Below, piece after piece: positions 47,155 to 54,633 of a DNA stretch of 56,103 bases. How positions within the stretch are numbered: the stretch's first letter is position 1; each line of letters starts with the position of its first letter. Made by a program: the position numbers and the translations under genes. Source of the DNA: a virus (lineage: Duplodnaviria > Caudoviricetes); IMG/VR virus record IMGVR_UViG_3300033076_000684, positions 1 through 56,103 of that record; one strand, written 5' to 3'. The notes under the pieces are model-generated. The model was given only the letters and a program-made list of their open reading frames with translations. It was not told where the DNA came from and made no database searches.

Positions 47155-47540
47155 AAACTTCCTCCATAAGTGACATCACCTAGGACTACAATGTTTCCAA
47201 GAACTGGTGTCCAAACTGTACCATCTTGTTTTGTAACCTGAAGATCAAAAAGTAGCTCTCCAATAACAGAGCCATAACCAGAACCCCAGAGCTTTGTAAC
47301 ATTTGCTGGGGCAGTAACGACAACATAGCCATTTCCAACACTAACATCCAGCTCGTCAATAGTATCTAATCTTGGGTCATAGGCACTTGCAACATAGCTC
47401 CATGTGGAGGTATTTATTGGAGTAGCCTCGTCAGTCTCGTAAAACTCAATGCGAATTTCAGATGTGTCTCCACGTACAACCTGCCATTTTACAATAGCTG
47501 GGTCTGAGCCAAAGGTTGAGGGTTCATAAAGTGATGCCAT
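47151..47540 (-). CDS. BppU-N-like Ig-fold adaptor
   Basis: WQVVRGDT...FDLQVT...WTPVLGNIVVLGDVT. Confidence 0.55.
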   Translation of the reverse strand: MASLYEPSTFGSDPAIVKWQVVRGDTSEIRIEFYETDEATPINTSTWSYVASAYDPRLDTIDELDVSVGNGYVVVTAPANVTKLWGSGYGSVIGELLFDLQVTKQDGTVWTPVLGNIVVLGDVTYGGSL

Positions 47541-47565
47541 AGTAATACCATTATACATCATAAAA

Positions 47566-47624
47566 TGAAAAAAGACTAGTATCTAGGCATGGTGGGTATG
47601 AGAGACAGACCTAGATACTAGCCA
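47566..47624 (-). ncRNA. Putative small hairpin RNA (own extended -10 promoter and U-tract)
   Basis: TGATATACT at 47630-47638, 12-bp perfect stem CTAGTATCTAGG/CCTAGATACTAG, 22-nt loop, then TCTTTTTT. Confidence 0.5.
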
Positions 47625-47815
47625 TTCAAAGTATATCATATTTTACTGTTTGCAGTCTTGTTACAAAAGAGTTATAAAAAAGTTATAAAGATTTTTCCAT
47701 TTTTGGCCTCAAAGAACAGAACTCTGTGCTACACTATTATTATTATATATATTAAAGAATATCTTTAAGTAGAGTATATCTCTTATATCTTATATATTAT
47801 ATATATTATATATTA

Positions 47816-48109
47816 TTAATTATGGTCATTCTTAGAAGCTACATAAGTAATCATTAAATCGTACAAACGATCAAGCTTCTTATCCATATTTCTTCTTACG
47901 ATGTCTGCTTCGTCAAGTCTTTCTTTCAAAACTAGCTGTTCGGCCTCTACTTTGTTAACTTTATCTTTTAAGCTTCCGCCACCATTAGGCTTGAGTTCTG
48001 CGAAATAATGTTTTACAAGCCATTTAATTCCAGCTGCAGATAATCCAATAAAAGTTCCGACGGAAACAAGGATTCCAACTATCATTTGAGTGATTTCGAG
48101 GCTTGTCAT
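47816..48109 (-). CDS. Membrane protein of actinophage lysis-cassette type
   Basis: One N-terminal TM helix, ELKPNGGGSLKDKV motif, coiled coil; start 48109 after TATAAT. Confidence 0.65.
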   Translation of the reverse strand: MTSLEITQMIVGILVSVGTFIGLSAAGIKWLVKHYFAELKPNGGGSLKDKVNKVEAEQLVLKERLDEADIVRRNMDKKLDRLYDLMITYVASKNDHN

Positions 48110-48140
48110 AATAAAACAATTATACTTTATTTTTTGACAG

Positions 48141-48161
48141 TTATTCACATGCTGTGGATAA
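48141..48161. promoter_or_regulatory. Inverted pair of DnaA boxes
   Basis: TTATTCACA-tgc-TGTGGATAA; both fit TTATNCACA. Confidence 0.6.
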
Positions 48162-48233
48162 AAGCGAAGCGACAAAATGTTTTTAAGTCCAGCGGACAAG
48201 TTCGGCGTGATATAGAGATATCCATCCCCAAAT

Positions 48234-48268
48234 AAGCAAAAAGCCCACTAGAAACTAGTGAGCAATTG
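48234..48268 (-). terminator. Intrinsic terminator after the methyltransferase
   Basis: GCTCACTAG-TTT-CTAGTGGGC followed by TTTTT. Confidence 0.75.
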
Positions 48269-48280
48269 CTAAAGTATGGG

Positions 48281-48973
48281 TTACTTTGTTGCTAGTGTGA
48301 ATCCAGCATCTACAACTGGTAGCAACTCTGAGACGTTTGAATCCTGGTGATATGAAAGATTTGAGAATCCACGCTCTGTAAGCATAGTTGCAATATCATC
48401 CTTTGCTGAACGTGCGTGAACAACAAGAATAATTCCACCAGTCTTAAGAGTCTGTGCAGCCTTGTCTAGGAATACGGTCTGTACCTCTAGTCCCTTGTAA
48501 CCACCAAATACTGCAGCTTCTGGATCATTCTGGTGTGGGTGTGAAATATTTGGAAGTGTCTTTACGACATCTGCATAGTATGGTGGTGTTGAGATGATAG
48601 CATCAAACTTTGTACGACCATCAATAGCTGCAACATCCATGATATTAATTTCTACTGCATTTTCTGCAAGACCTGCATGTACTGTAAGGTTTTCCTTGAT
48701 GTACTTTTCTGTAGCAGGATCGATATCATATGCCTTAACTGTCATTTCTGGGTATGTGTCTTTTGCCCATACTGCAAATTGTCCTGTACCAGTTCCGAAA
48801 TCTGCTAGGACAAGGCCATCTCTTGATGGTAGTGCAGCAAGTGCATCCTTGATTACAGACCAACCAAAGGCGGTCTCTGTAAGTGGCTGATAAACATCTG
48901 GGCCAGTAGTTAGTGCAATGATTTGGCCAGAGTTAACAACGTGCTGGCGTATAGAACTGTTCGGAATTGTCAT
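48281..48973 (-). CDS. PrmC/HemK-like class I SAM methyltransferase
   Basis: VYQPLTET, DFGTGTG (motif I), YDID, ISTPPY (NPPY variant), DPEAAVFGGYKGL. Confidence 0.85.
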   Translation of the reverse strand: MTIPNSSIRQHVVNSGQIIALTTGPDVYQPLTETAFGWSVIKDALAALPSRDGLVLADFGTGTGQFAVWAKDTYPEMTVKAYDIDPATEKYIKENLTVHAGLAENAVEINIMDVAAIDGRTKFDAIISTPPYYADVVKTLPNISHPHQNDPEAAVFGGYKGLEVQTVFLDKAAQTLKTGGIILVVHARSAKDDIATMLTERGFSNLSYHQDSNVSELLPVVDAGFTLATK

Positions 48974-49012
48974 ACTGAAATTATAGCATGTTTTATGATA
49001 AAATAGATCATT

Positions 49013-49222
49013 ATGACAGAAAATTCAGGGGATGTCAAGTTTACAGATCTTTTCGATCCTAGTAAACCACGCTCAGATAAAGACTTAATAGAACAACGTT
49101 TGGACATATGTAAGGGTTGTGAGTTTTTTCGATCAAAGAGTGCTAGGTGTGCTAAGTGCGGATGTTTTATGCATTTGAAGACTACGTTGATTCAAGCTAA
49201 ATGTCCTATAGGTAAATGGTAA
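49013..49222 (+). CDS. Small Cys-rich protein (RL.IC..C...C..CGCFM..K......CP.GKW family)
   Basis: Six-cysteine motif common in phages; divergent from the methyltransferase. Confidence 0.8.
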   Translation: MTENSGDVKFTDLFDPSKPRSDKDLIEQRLDICKGCEFFRSKSARCAKCGCFMHLKTTLIQAKCPIGKW

Positions 49223-49325
49223 GTCTTATTTGAGATCAGCTACGCTGATTGTGTACCGTCCCAAATTGCACTAATCCTCAAGATGTGCTATTATAGGTTT
49301 ACTACTAGTAGAAATGGAGACAGAT

Positions 49326-49520
49326 ATGCTACGTGATGAAGTTGTACAGCTCATGACAGAAGCTATTGACAATATGAATCGTCAAATGGCTATTCAGCAA
49401 AATGCTCCAAGCGATCAGGTTGAGCAAGCTCTTTCTCAGCAAAGACCTCAGCTAATGTATGTCAATGGCATGCTATACGATCTGCTTGTTGAGCATGGTT
49501 TGATCAATACAAACCGATAA
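49326..49520 (+). CDS. Hypothetical protein
   Basis: GGAGA SD before ATG 49326; followed by a hairpin. Confidence 0.65.
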   Translation: MLRDEVVQLMTEAIDNMNRQMAIQQNAPSDQVEQALSQQRPQLMYVNGMLYDLLVEHGLINTNR

Positions 49521-49533
49521 ATTAAAAATAACC

Positions 49534-49573
49534 AAATAGGCCAAATATGCTAAAATGTATTTGGTCTATTTTT
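49534..49573 (+). terminator. Intrinsic terminator
   Basis: AAATAGGCCAAATATG...TGTATTTGGTCTATTT followed by T-tract. Confidence 0.7.
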
Positions 49574-49589
49574 ATTGTTAGGAAAGTAT

Positions 49590-49742
49590 ATGTATTCAGT
49601 TAAATTCAAAGAACGTGATTTTCTCTATGAGCAGTTTATTGTACTCAAGAAGTCCCCTCGCCAAATTGCAGATATGTGTGGTGTCTCACATAAGCTTATT
49701 TTGATTTGGTTGGATAGTTTTGGCTTCCTGGAAAAATTCTGA
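49590..49742 (+). CDS. Small HTH DNA-binding protein, 50 aa
   Basis: Not in the ORF track: MYSVKFKERDFLYEQFIVLKKSPRQIADMCGVSHKLILIWLDSFGF; HTH pattern S..QIA..CGVS...I..WL. Confidence 0.7.
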   Translation: MYSVKFKERDFLYEQFIVLKKSPRQIADMCGVSHKLILIWLDSFGFLEKF

Positions 49743-49896
49743 AAAAAATTTTTTGTGGCTATTTTCAATTTGACAAAAATCTGAATATTTTTTACATGTG
49801 TACGATACATGTTTTATAACAAATAAGCAACAAAATATAGTGTGGATGCACCCCCACCCCGTTATCAAATTGTGATATAAAACACAGTATTTTGAC

Positions 49897-49925
49897 TTGA
49901 CTTTTGGGAAGATGTCTGCTAGTCT
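49897..49925 (+). promoter_or_regulatory. Early sigma70-type promoter (same class at 50562, 52008, 52107)
   Basis: TTGACT-17 nt-TAGTCT with TGC extension; the other three are TTGACT-17-TAGGAT, TAGTAT and TAGATT. Confidence 0.75.
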
Positions 49926-49959
49926 TATAACATAAAGAAAGATAAAGAAAGGACATCAA

Positions 49960-50304
49960 ATGTCACTAGTAATAACAAAAGAAAACTTCAATTCAATTCG
50001 TGAAAATGGAATTGGTTCTAACTTCTCAGTAATCAACCCTAGCGATGGTTTCCGTAAAGATAACCGCCTATGGTTTGGTACTTGTTCAGTATGTAATGAG
50101 TCAGTAACTAACTCTGCTGTATCAGGTAGGGGTTGGGAACACACTATCTACCTAATGAAGGGTTACTTTTCTAAGGATAACTACCTAAAGGGAATGACTA
50201 ACCACGCTAGTAGCCGTAGTGTAGACTACTGCCCTACCGCCAAAGGTGAAACCCACCCTTGCGAAATCTACTACCTAGAAAATGGGGAAAAGGTATTTGT
50301 ATAA
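49960..50304 (+). CDS. Early hypothetical protein (CxxC)
   Basis: AAAGGA SD; first gene of the early block. Confidence 0.75.
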   Translation: MSLVITKENFNSIRENGIGSNFSVINPSDGFRKDNRLWFGTCSVCNESVTNSAVSGRGWEHTIYLMKGYFSKDNYLKGMTNHASSRSVDYCPTAKGETHPCEIYYLENGEKVFV

Positions 50305-50353
50305 ATGTCTGCCCTATGTAATAATATAAACATATAAAGAAAGGGAAACTAAA

Positions 50354-50467
50354 ATGAAAAACTTCTTCTCAGACAACCTATATGTAATCCTTGCTGTAGT
50401 AGGGCTAATTGCTTTGGCTGTAGTAGAGTTAGCAATTGTTATCCACGAGTCTGGTGGCTTTATCTAA
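50354..50467 (+). CDS. Small membrane protein, 37 aa
   Basis: MKNFFSDNLYVILAVVGLIALAVVELAIVIHESGGFI; SD and promoter upstream. Confidence 0.7.
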   Translation: MKNFFSDNLYVILAVVGLIALAVVELAIVIHESGGFI

Positions 50468-50746
50468 GCCCACCTTCTGGGCGTGTCTACTTGACAAAAG
50501 CTCCGATCCCTGGTCGCCCCAAAATGTGACCTAAAACACATAAGAATGTCCGATTTGTCCCTTGACTTTTTGGACTATCTATGCTAGGATACTCCTATAA
50601 ACAATTAAATAAAGGACAGATAAGGTAATGAGCCTAATCAAATAAATGTGGTGTAAATCACAGTGAGCATTAGCAAATAAGTGCCCTATTTGTCAGACCC
50701 CTATGCTAGGATTTATCCTAGAAAGTTAAAAAGAAAGGACATAAAA

Positions 50747-50956
50747 ATGTCACTAGAAATATTCCGTATAGATGAAAACGGTGCTGGTTGGGTATCATTC
50801 GATGAGGCTACTACCTCAGAAAAACTTGATTTAGAATTAGCAATCTTAACTAATGCTAAAGTAACTCTACAATGTATCAAATGCCATGTAGAAATCCCTC
50901 GTGGAAATGTATGTGTTAATCACAAAGATGTGAAAGGTGCCGTTTATTTCGGCTAA
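50747..50956 (+). CDS. Early protein with C-terminal zinc-ribbon
   Basis: CIKC...CVNH; AAAGGA SD before ATG 50747. Confidence 0.75.
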   Translation: MSLEIFRIDENGAGWVSFDEATTSEKLDLELAILTNAKVTLQCIKCHVEIPRGNVCVNHKDVKGAVYFG

Positions 50957-50969
50957 AGAAAGGATAACT

Positions 50970-51146
50970 ATGTATAAAATAAGACTAGAAAGCTTTAATG
51001 GAAATGTTTCTACTGTATCTCTTCCTAGTGAAGAAAGTGTAAAACAATTCTTAGAACAATACCCTGCAAAACTTCCTAAAGGTGTTGCACTGCGTGTATC
51101 ATGTGATGCACTCTCTATTGTTGGTACCCTAGTAGGTACCGCATAG
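50970..51146 (+). CDS. Early hypothetical protein
   Basis: AAAGGA SD before ATG 50970. Confidence 0.7.
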   Translation: MYKIRLESFNGNVSTVSLPSEESVKQFLEQYPAKLPKGVALRVSCDALSIVGTLVGTA

Positions 51147-51288
51147 AGGTGCTTGACAAATGATCTAAAATGTGGTCGCCCCCCGTTATCAAATCGTTAT
51201 AATTAAATACACGACACGCCGATAAAAAGGCTTGACAATGTCTTACCCCTATGCTACTGTATAGGTATAGAAAGAAAAGGAACAGAAA

Positions 51289-51480
51289 ATGCTAAAAGGA
51301 CTTGCTTTTAACCCATACATCAACCACAACTCAACCCTAGAGGAAATCGAAACAGAGTTGTCTAGTCTGCTTGAGTATGCTGACAAGGTTCTAGATTGGG
51401 ATATCACAGACTATGAAGAAAAGCAACTAATGGCTTTGACCAAGTTGGCTAAGGCAAAAGGCTCAACCCGTAAGTGGTAA
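51289..51480 (+). CDS. Early hypothetical protein
   Basis: Promoter and AAAGGA SD. Confidence 0.7.
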   Translation: MLKGLAFNPYINHNSTLEEIETELSSLLEYADKVLDWDITDYEEKQLMALTKLAKAKGSTRKW

Positions 51481-51527
51481 ATGTCTGACCCTAATGCTAA
51501 ACTAAATACATAAAGAAAGGAAAACTA

Positions 51528-51761
51528 ATGAACAAGTTTCAGAATGTAGACAAAGACCTTCGTGTCTGTGTTTATTGCTACGGCACTACCTATGCGTATG
51601 TTTGCCCAAGTTGTAATGAGTATGACGGGCTAATGCCTGTAAACCAAGAAACCGAAGACTATCTAGGTGAAGACCTGCTAGAAATCGTTTCAGAAGAATG
51701 TGGCCGTTGTGGTCAGTTTGTTATCCCTAGTTCTCACCCTCAGATTGGATGTGACGCATAA
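51528..51761 (+). CDS. Early zinc-finger protein
   Basis: CVYC...CPSCNEYDGLM...CGRC...H...C. Confidence 0.75.
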   Translation: MNKFQNVDKDLRVCVYCYGTTYAYVCPSCNEYDGLMPVNQETEDYLGEDLLEIVSEECGRCGQFVIPSSHPQIGCDA

Positions 51762-51892
51762 TGATGTTCTATAACGGATTCAACCTATTGCTTGACATTG
51801 TATTTTGCTACATTGCGTTTCGTATTGGTAAGTCATTCGGATACTCAGAAGGGTATCGTGATGGCGAAGAGGATAACGCTCCACCATTCTAA
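51761..51892 (+). CDS. Membrane micro-protein ending EEDNAPPF, 43 aa
   Basis: Not in the ORF track; TAATG-coupled: MMFYNGFNLLLDIVFCYIAFRIGKSFGYSEGYRDGEEDNAPPF. Confidence 0.7.
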   Translation: MMFYNGFNLLLDIVFCYIAFRIGKSFGYSEGYRDGEEDNAPPF

Positions 51893-52179
51893 AAATACCC
51901 TGGCGTGTCAGCTTGACAAACTGATCCGCTTGTGGTCGCCCCCACGCTGTCGGGCGTGTCGTTATAAGAATGTTATAAAAAATGTCCGAATTGTACGGCG
52001 TGTCGTCTTGACTTTTTGGATTTTGTGTGCTAGTATTCTACTATAACAATTAAATAAGTAAAGATAATCCGTTATCAAAATGTTATCTAAATCACACGAT
52101 TTGGACTTGACTTTTAGAGAAATGTGTGCTAGATTTATCTTATTGAAATAAAGAAAGTCTCTTGAAAGGAGAACTAAAA

Positions 52180-52476
52180 ATGAAAAAGTTTCGTTCTATT
52201 GAAATCGGTTCTGATGTTGCGTTTTATTCTAACGCAGGTCGTAAGAAAATCGAAGGTTCAGAAAAGCCTAATGGTCAATTTCTAGCCCGTAAAATGTTCT
52301 ACACTAAGCCAATTGCTAATGGCGTAGTTGTAAAAATCAAGGGGCACAATGCCCACGCTTGCCAAATCACTTTTGATAATGGTAAGACTTTTGAAATGGG
52401 TTTAGATACTCACTACCACCTAAATGGTGAAATTGGTGATTGTGTTGCTCACCAAGACAATTACTCAATGTTGTAA
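52180..52476 (+). CDS. Early hypothetical protein
   Basis: GAAAGGAG SD before ATG 52180. Confidence 0.7.
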   Translation: MKKFRSIEIGSDVAFYSNAGRKKIEGSEKPNGQFLARKMFYTKPIANGVVVKIKGHNAHACQITFDNGKTFEMGLDTHYHLNGEIGDCVAHQDNYSML

Positions 52477-52526
52477 AATGTCAGACCTATAGACTATAAT
52501 AAGACTAATAAAGAAAGGACAACTAA

Positions 52527-52748
52527 ATGTCAAAAATTCAAGGTTACTCTGTAGAAGAAATCCTAATCGGAACTTACTACCGCTCTTCTGTTCGTCCCCG
52601 TTTCAATGATGGTTTGATTGTTGAAGCCGTCAAGCGTGATGATGTTTGGCTAAATGGTGCTGAGGCGTATGCTGTTCGTGTTCGTCCAACCTACAATGGT
52701 CAAATGTTGTTTGAAGACTTTTGGGCAACGATTGCGGTGAACAACTAA
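52527..52748 (+). CDS. Early hypothetical protein
   Basis: Promoter and AAAGGA SD. Confidence 0.7.
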   Translation: MSKIQGYSVEEILIGTYYRSSVRPRFNDGLIVEAVKRDDVWLNGAEAYAVRVRPTYNGQMLFEDFWATIAVNN

Positions 52749-52846
52749 TGACTATGACCTGTAAAGAATGTAATCGCAAGTTTGACCTGTGGAATGAAGA
52801 AGAAGCAGGGGAATGGTATTTTGGACACGATTGTGAGGCTAACTAA
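52748..52846 (+). CDS. Small zinc-binding protein, 32 aa
   Basis: MTMTCKECNRKFDLWNEEEAGEWYFGHDCEAN; TAATG coupling on both sides. Confidence 0.75.
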   Translation: MTMTCKECNRKFDLWNEEEAGEWYFGHDCEAN

Positions 52847-52953
52847 TGGAAATCTTTTTGTGTGATGAATGCGATACCCTCGCAACAGTAGAACTAAAAG
52901 GCAACACGCTAACAGTTGTTGCTTGCAAATGTCAGACCAATACACTAAACTAA
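52846..52953 (+). CDS. Small zinc-binding protein, 35 aa
   Basis: MEIFLCDECDTLATVELKGNTLTVVACKCQTNTLN. Confidence 0.65.
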   Translation: MEIFLCDECDTLATVELKGNTLTVVACKCQTNTLN

Positions 52954-52990
52954 TAACATAAACAAAAACAAGAAAAGGATAGAAAATAAA

Positions 52991-53179
52991 ATGATGACCC
53001 GTAAAGACTATGTTCAGACCGCTAACATTCTAAACCAGTTTGTTGATGAGATTGACTTTCTAGTTCTTCAAGAAATCGCAGATGGTTTCGCAGAAATGTT
53101 TGAAAACGATAACCCTAATTTCAACTATCAGAAGTTTATTGACGCAGTATTCGCAGAACTAACGGAGGGGGAAGAGTAA
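52991..53179 (+). CDS. Early hypothetical protein (MTRKDY...NPNF...KFIDA family)
   Basis: Recurrent small phage family pattern; SD AAAGGA. Confidence 0.75.
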   Translation: MMTRKDYVQTANILNQFVDEIDFLVLQEIADGFAEMFENDNPNFNYQKFIDAVFAELTEGEE

Positions 53180-53280
53180 TGGAATTTTTTATCATCCTAC
53201 TCATGTTCTCTAATGTTTGGGCCTTCACCAAGATATCGAAGCTGCAGAATGAAATTAGAGACTTAAAACCACCGTTCTAA
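53179..53280 (+). CDS. Membrane micro-protein ending PPF, 33 aa
   Basis: MEFFIILLMFSNVWAFTKISKLQNEIRDLKPPF; TAATG-coupled, GGAGGGGG upstream. Confidence 0.7.
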   Translation: MEFFIILLMFSNVWAFTKISKLQNEIRDLKPPF

Positions 53281-53307
53281 AATGGATCCCCTGGGATGGC
53301 TCTGTAC

Positions 53308-53328
53308 TTATCCACAGAGTTATCCACA
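53308..53328 (+). promoter_or_regulatory. Tandem perfect DnaA boxes
   Basis: TTATCCACA-gag-TTATCCACA. Confidence 0.75.
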
Positions 53329-53420
53329 GGGCCCGACCCGTTTATAACATTTTGGTAACATTTAAGAAAAACTAATTAAGTAGACTTGACAATGTCCCCC
53401 GTTCATGCTAGTCTTATGGT

Positions 53421-53597
53421 ATGAAGAAAGATAAGCCTAAGTTTAAGCCAACGGCTAACCCTGCCTATGCTGAGGGTATGCGTGAGATTCGTAAGTCTAA
53501 CGCTAGTGGCACTCACCTAGATAGAAGGACACGCCGTCAAAGGACTAGACAAAGTAGTATCTACCGTGCTATTATTGAACAAACGAAAGAAGGATAA
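53421..53597 (+). CDS. Small basic protein, 58 aa (leaderless)
   Basis: MKKDKPKFKPTANPAYAEGMREIRKSNASGTHLDRRTRRQRTRQSSIYRAIIEQTKEG; ATG 6 nt after the -10 TAGTCT. Confidence 0.7.
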   Translation: MKKDKPKFKPTANPAYAEGMREIRKSNASGTHLDRRTRRQRTRQSSIYRAIIEQTKEG

Positions 53598-53598
53598 C

Positions 53599-53886
53599 AT
53601 GGGCAGCAACATGGCAATGGAATTGGCAGACAAAGACCTATTCCCTAACATTACACTAGAAGACGCTATTGGTATGCACTTGCGTGGAAACCACTATCCA
53701 CCTGTACCCCTAAGCATGGTGCCTGTATGTATTGACGCTATTAACGCTTACAATGAAGACGAAGGCTCAAAGATGATTCCCCTGCCTGAAGGCGTATCGT
53801 GGCGTGGACAACTTGAGGCACCTGCCTATGCAATTATTGAGGCTCACCACCTAGACGCATGGCTTGACATAGACGAAGATTACTGA
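53599..53886 (+). CDS. Early hypothetical protein (HL.GNHYPPVP family)
   Basis: AAGGA SD before ATG 53599. Confidence 0.75.
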   Translation: MGSNMAMELADKDLFPNITLEDAIGMHLRGNHYPPVPLSMVPVCIDAINAYNEDEGSKMIPLPEGVSWRGQLEAPAYAIIEAHHLDAWLDIDEDY

Positions 53887-53916
53887 TAAAATAGTTTAAA
53901 GAAAGAAAGGACTACT

Positions 53917-54633
53917 ATGCTAATTCGTAGCAAAGATAGGAAAGTTACTAATGCAGTCTCACCAAACGGAAAAACCCCAACAATCGCAAACACTTTTGGA
54001 TTACCTAGTGGCAAGGCTTACTCGTGCCCTGGTGCAACCGTTGTATGTGAGAGCGTCTGTTATGCAGGAAAGCTTGAAAAAGTCTACAAGGGAGTAAAAA
54101 ACGTACTACTCTCAAATTGGGAGCAATTGAAAGACACTGATTATCTTACCATGTATAACTTATTGGATGAGATGATCGTTTCATTCAAGAAAGACTGTGA
54201 TAAGCGTAATGCAGAAAAACTATTCCGCTTGCACTGGGATGGTGATTTCTTTAATGAGACTTATGTGCTTGCATGGAAGGATGTAATTCTTAAGCATGCA
54301 GATACACAATTTTGGGCCTATACCCGTTCAGAATTCGCTGTTGAACCGTTAACTGGCATTGCTAACCTATCACTTTATTTTAGTACTGATAGTGCTAACC
54401 GTTCATTGGGTATTTCACTCAAGAAGAAACACGATGTAAAGCTTGCATACCTTGCTAAGACTTTTGCAGAAGGTAAGGCAGACTTTGCTAACATTCAAGA
54501 TAAGGCTGCAGTGCCATGCCCTGAAAACGCTAAGAAAATTAAACTTATTAGTGAGACTGGCAGTGCATGTGTAACCTGTTCACAATGTGTGTTTAATCGC
54601 AATGACATTCTGTTCAGTGCCACCAAAAAATAA
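53917..54633 (+). CDS. Gp88-like protein (mycobacteriophage gene 88 family; radical-SAM-like Cys motif)
   Basis: FGLPSGKAYSCPGATVVCESVCYA, FRLHWDGDFF, FWAYTR, C-terminal CP...CVTCSQC; promoter TTGACA-17-TAAAAT at 53865. Confidence 0.75.
   Translation: MLIRSKDRKVTNAVSPNGKTPTIANTFGLPSGKAYSCPGATVVCESVCYAGKLEKVYKGVKNVLLSNWEQLKDTDYLTMYNLLDEMIVSFKKDCDKRNAEKLFRLHWDGDFFNETYVLAWKDVILKHADTQFWAYTRSEFAVEPLTGIANLSLYFSTDSANRSLGISLKKKHDVKLAYLAKTFAEGKADFANIQDKAAVPCPENAKKIKLISETGSACVTCSQCVFNRNDILFSATKK

Noticed and set aside
51792-52046. ORF-track 84-aa ORF and similar ORFs crossing early spacers (49625..49868, 55033..55328)
   Set aside because: They run through promoter/operator arrays or antisense to better-supported small genes.
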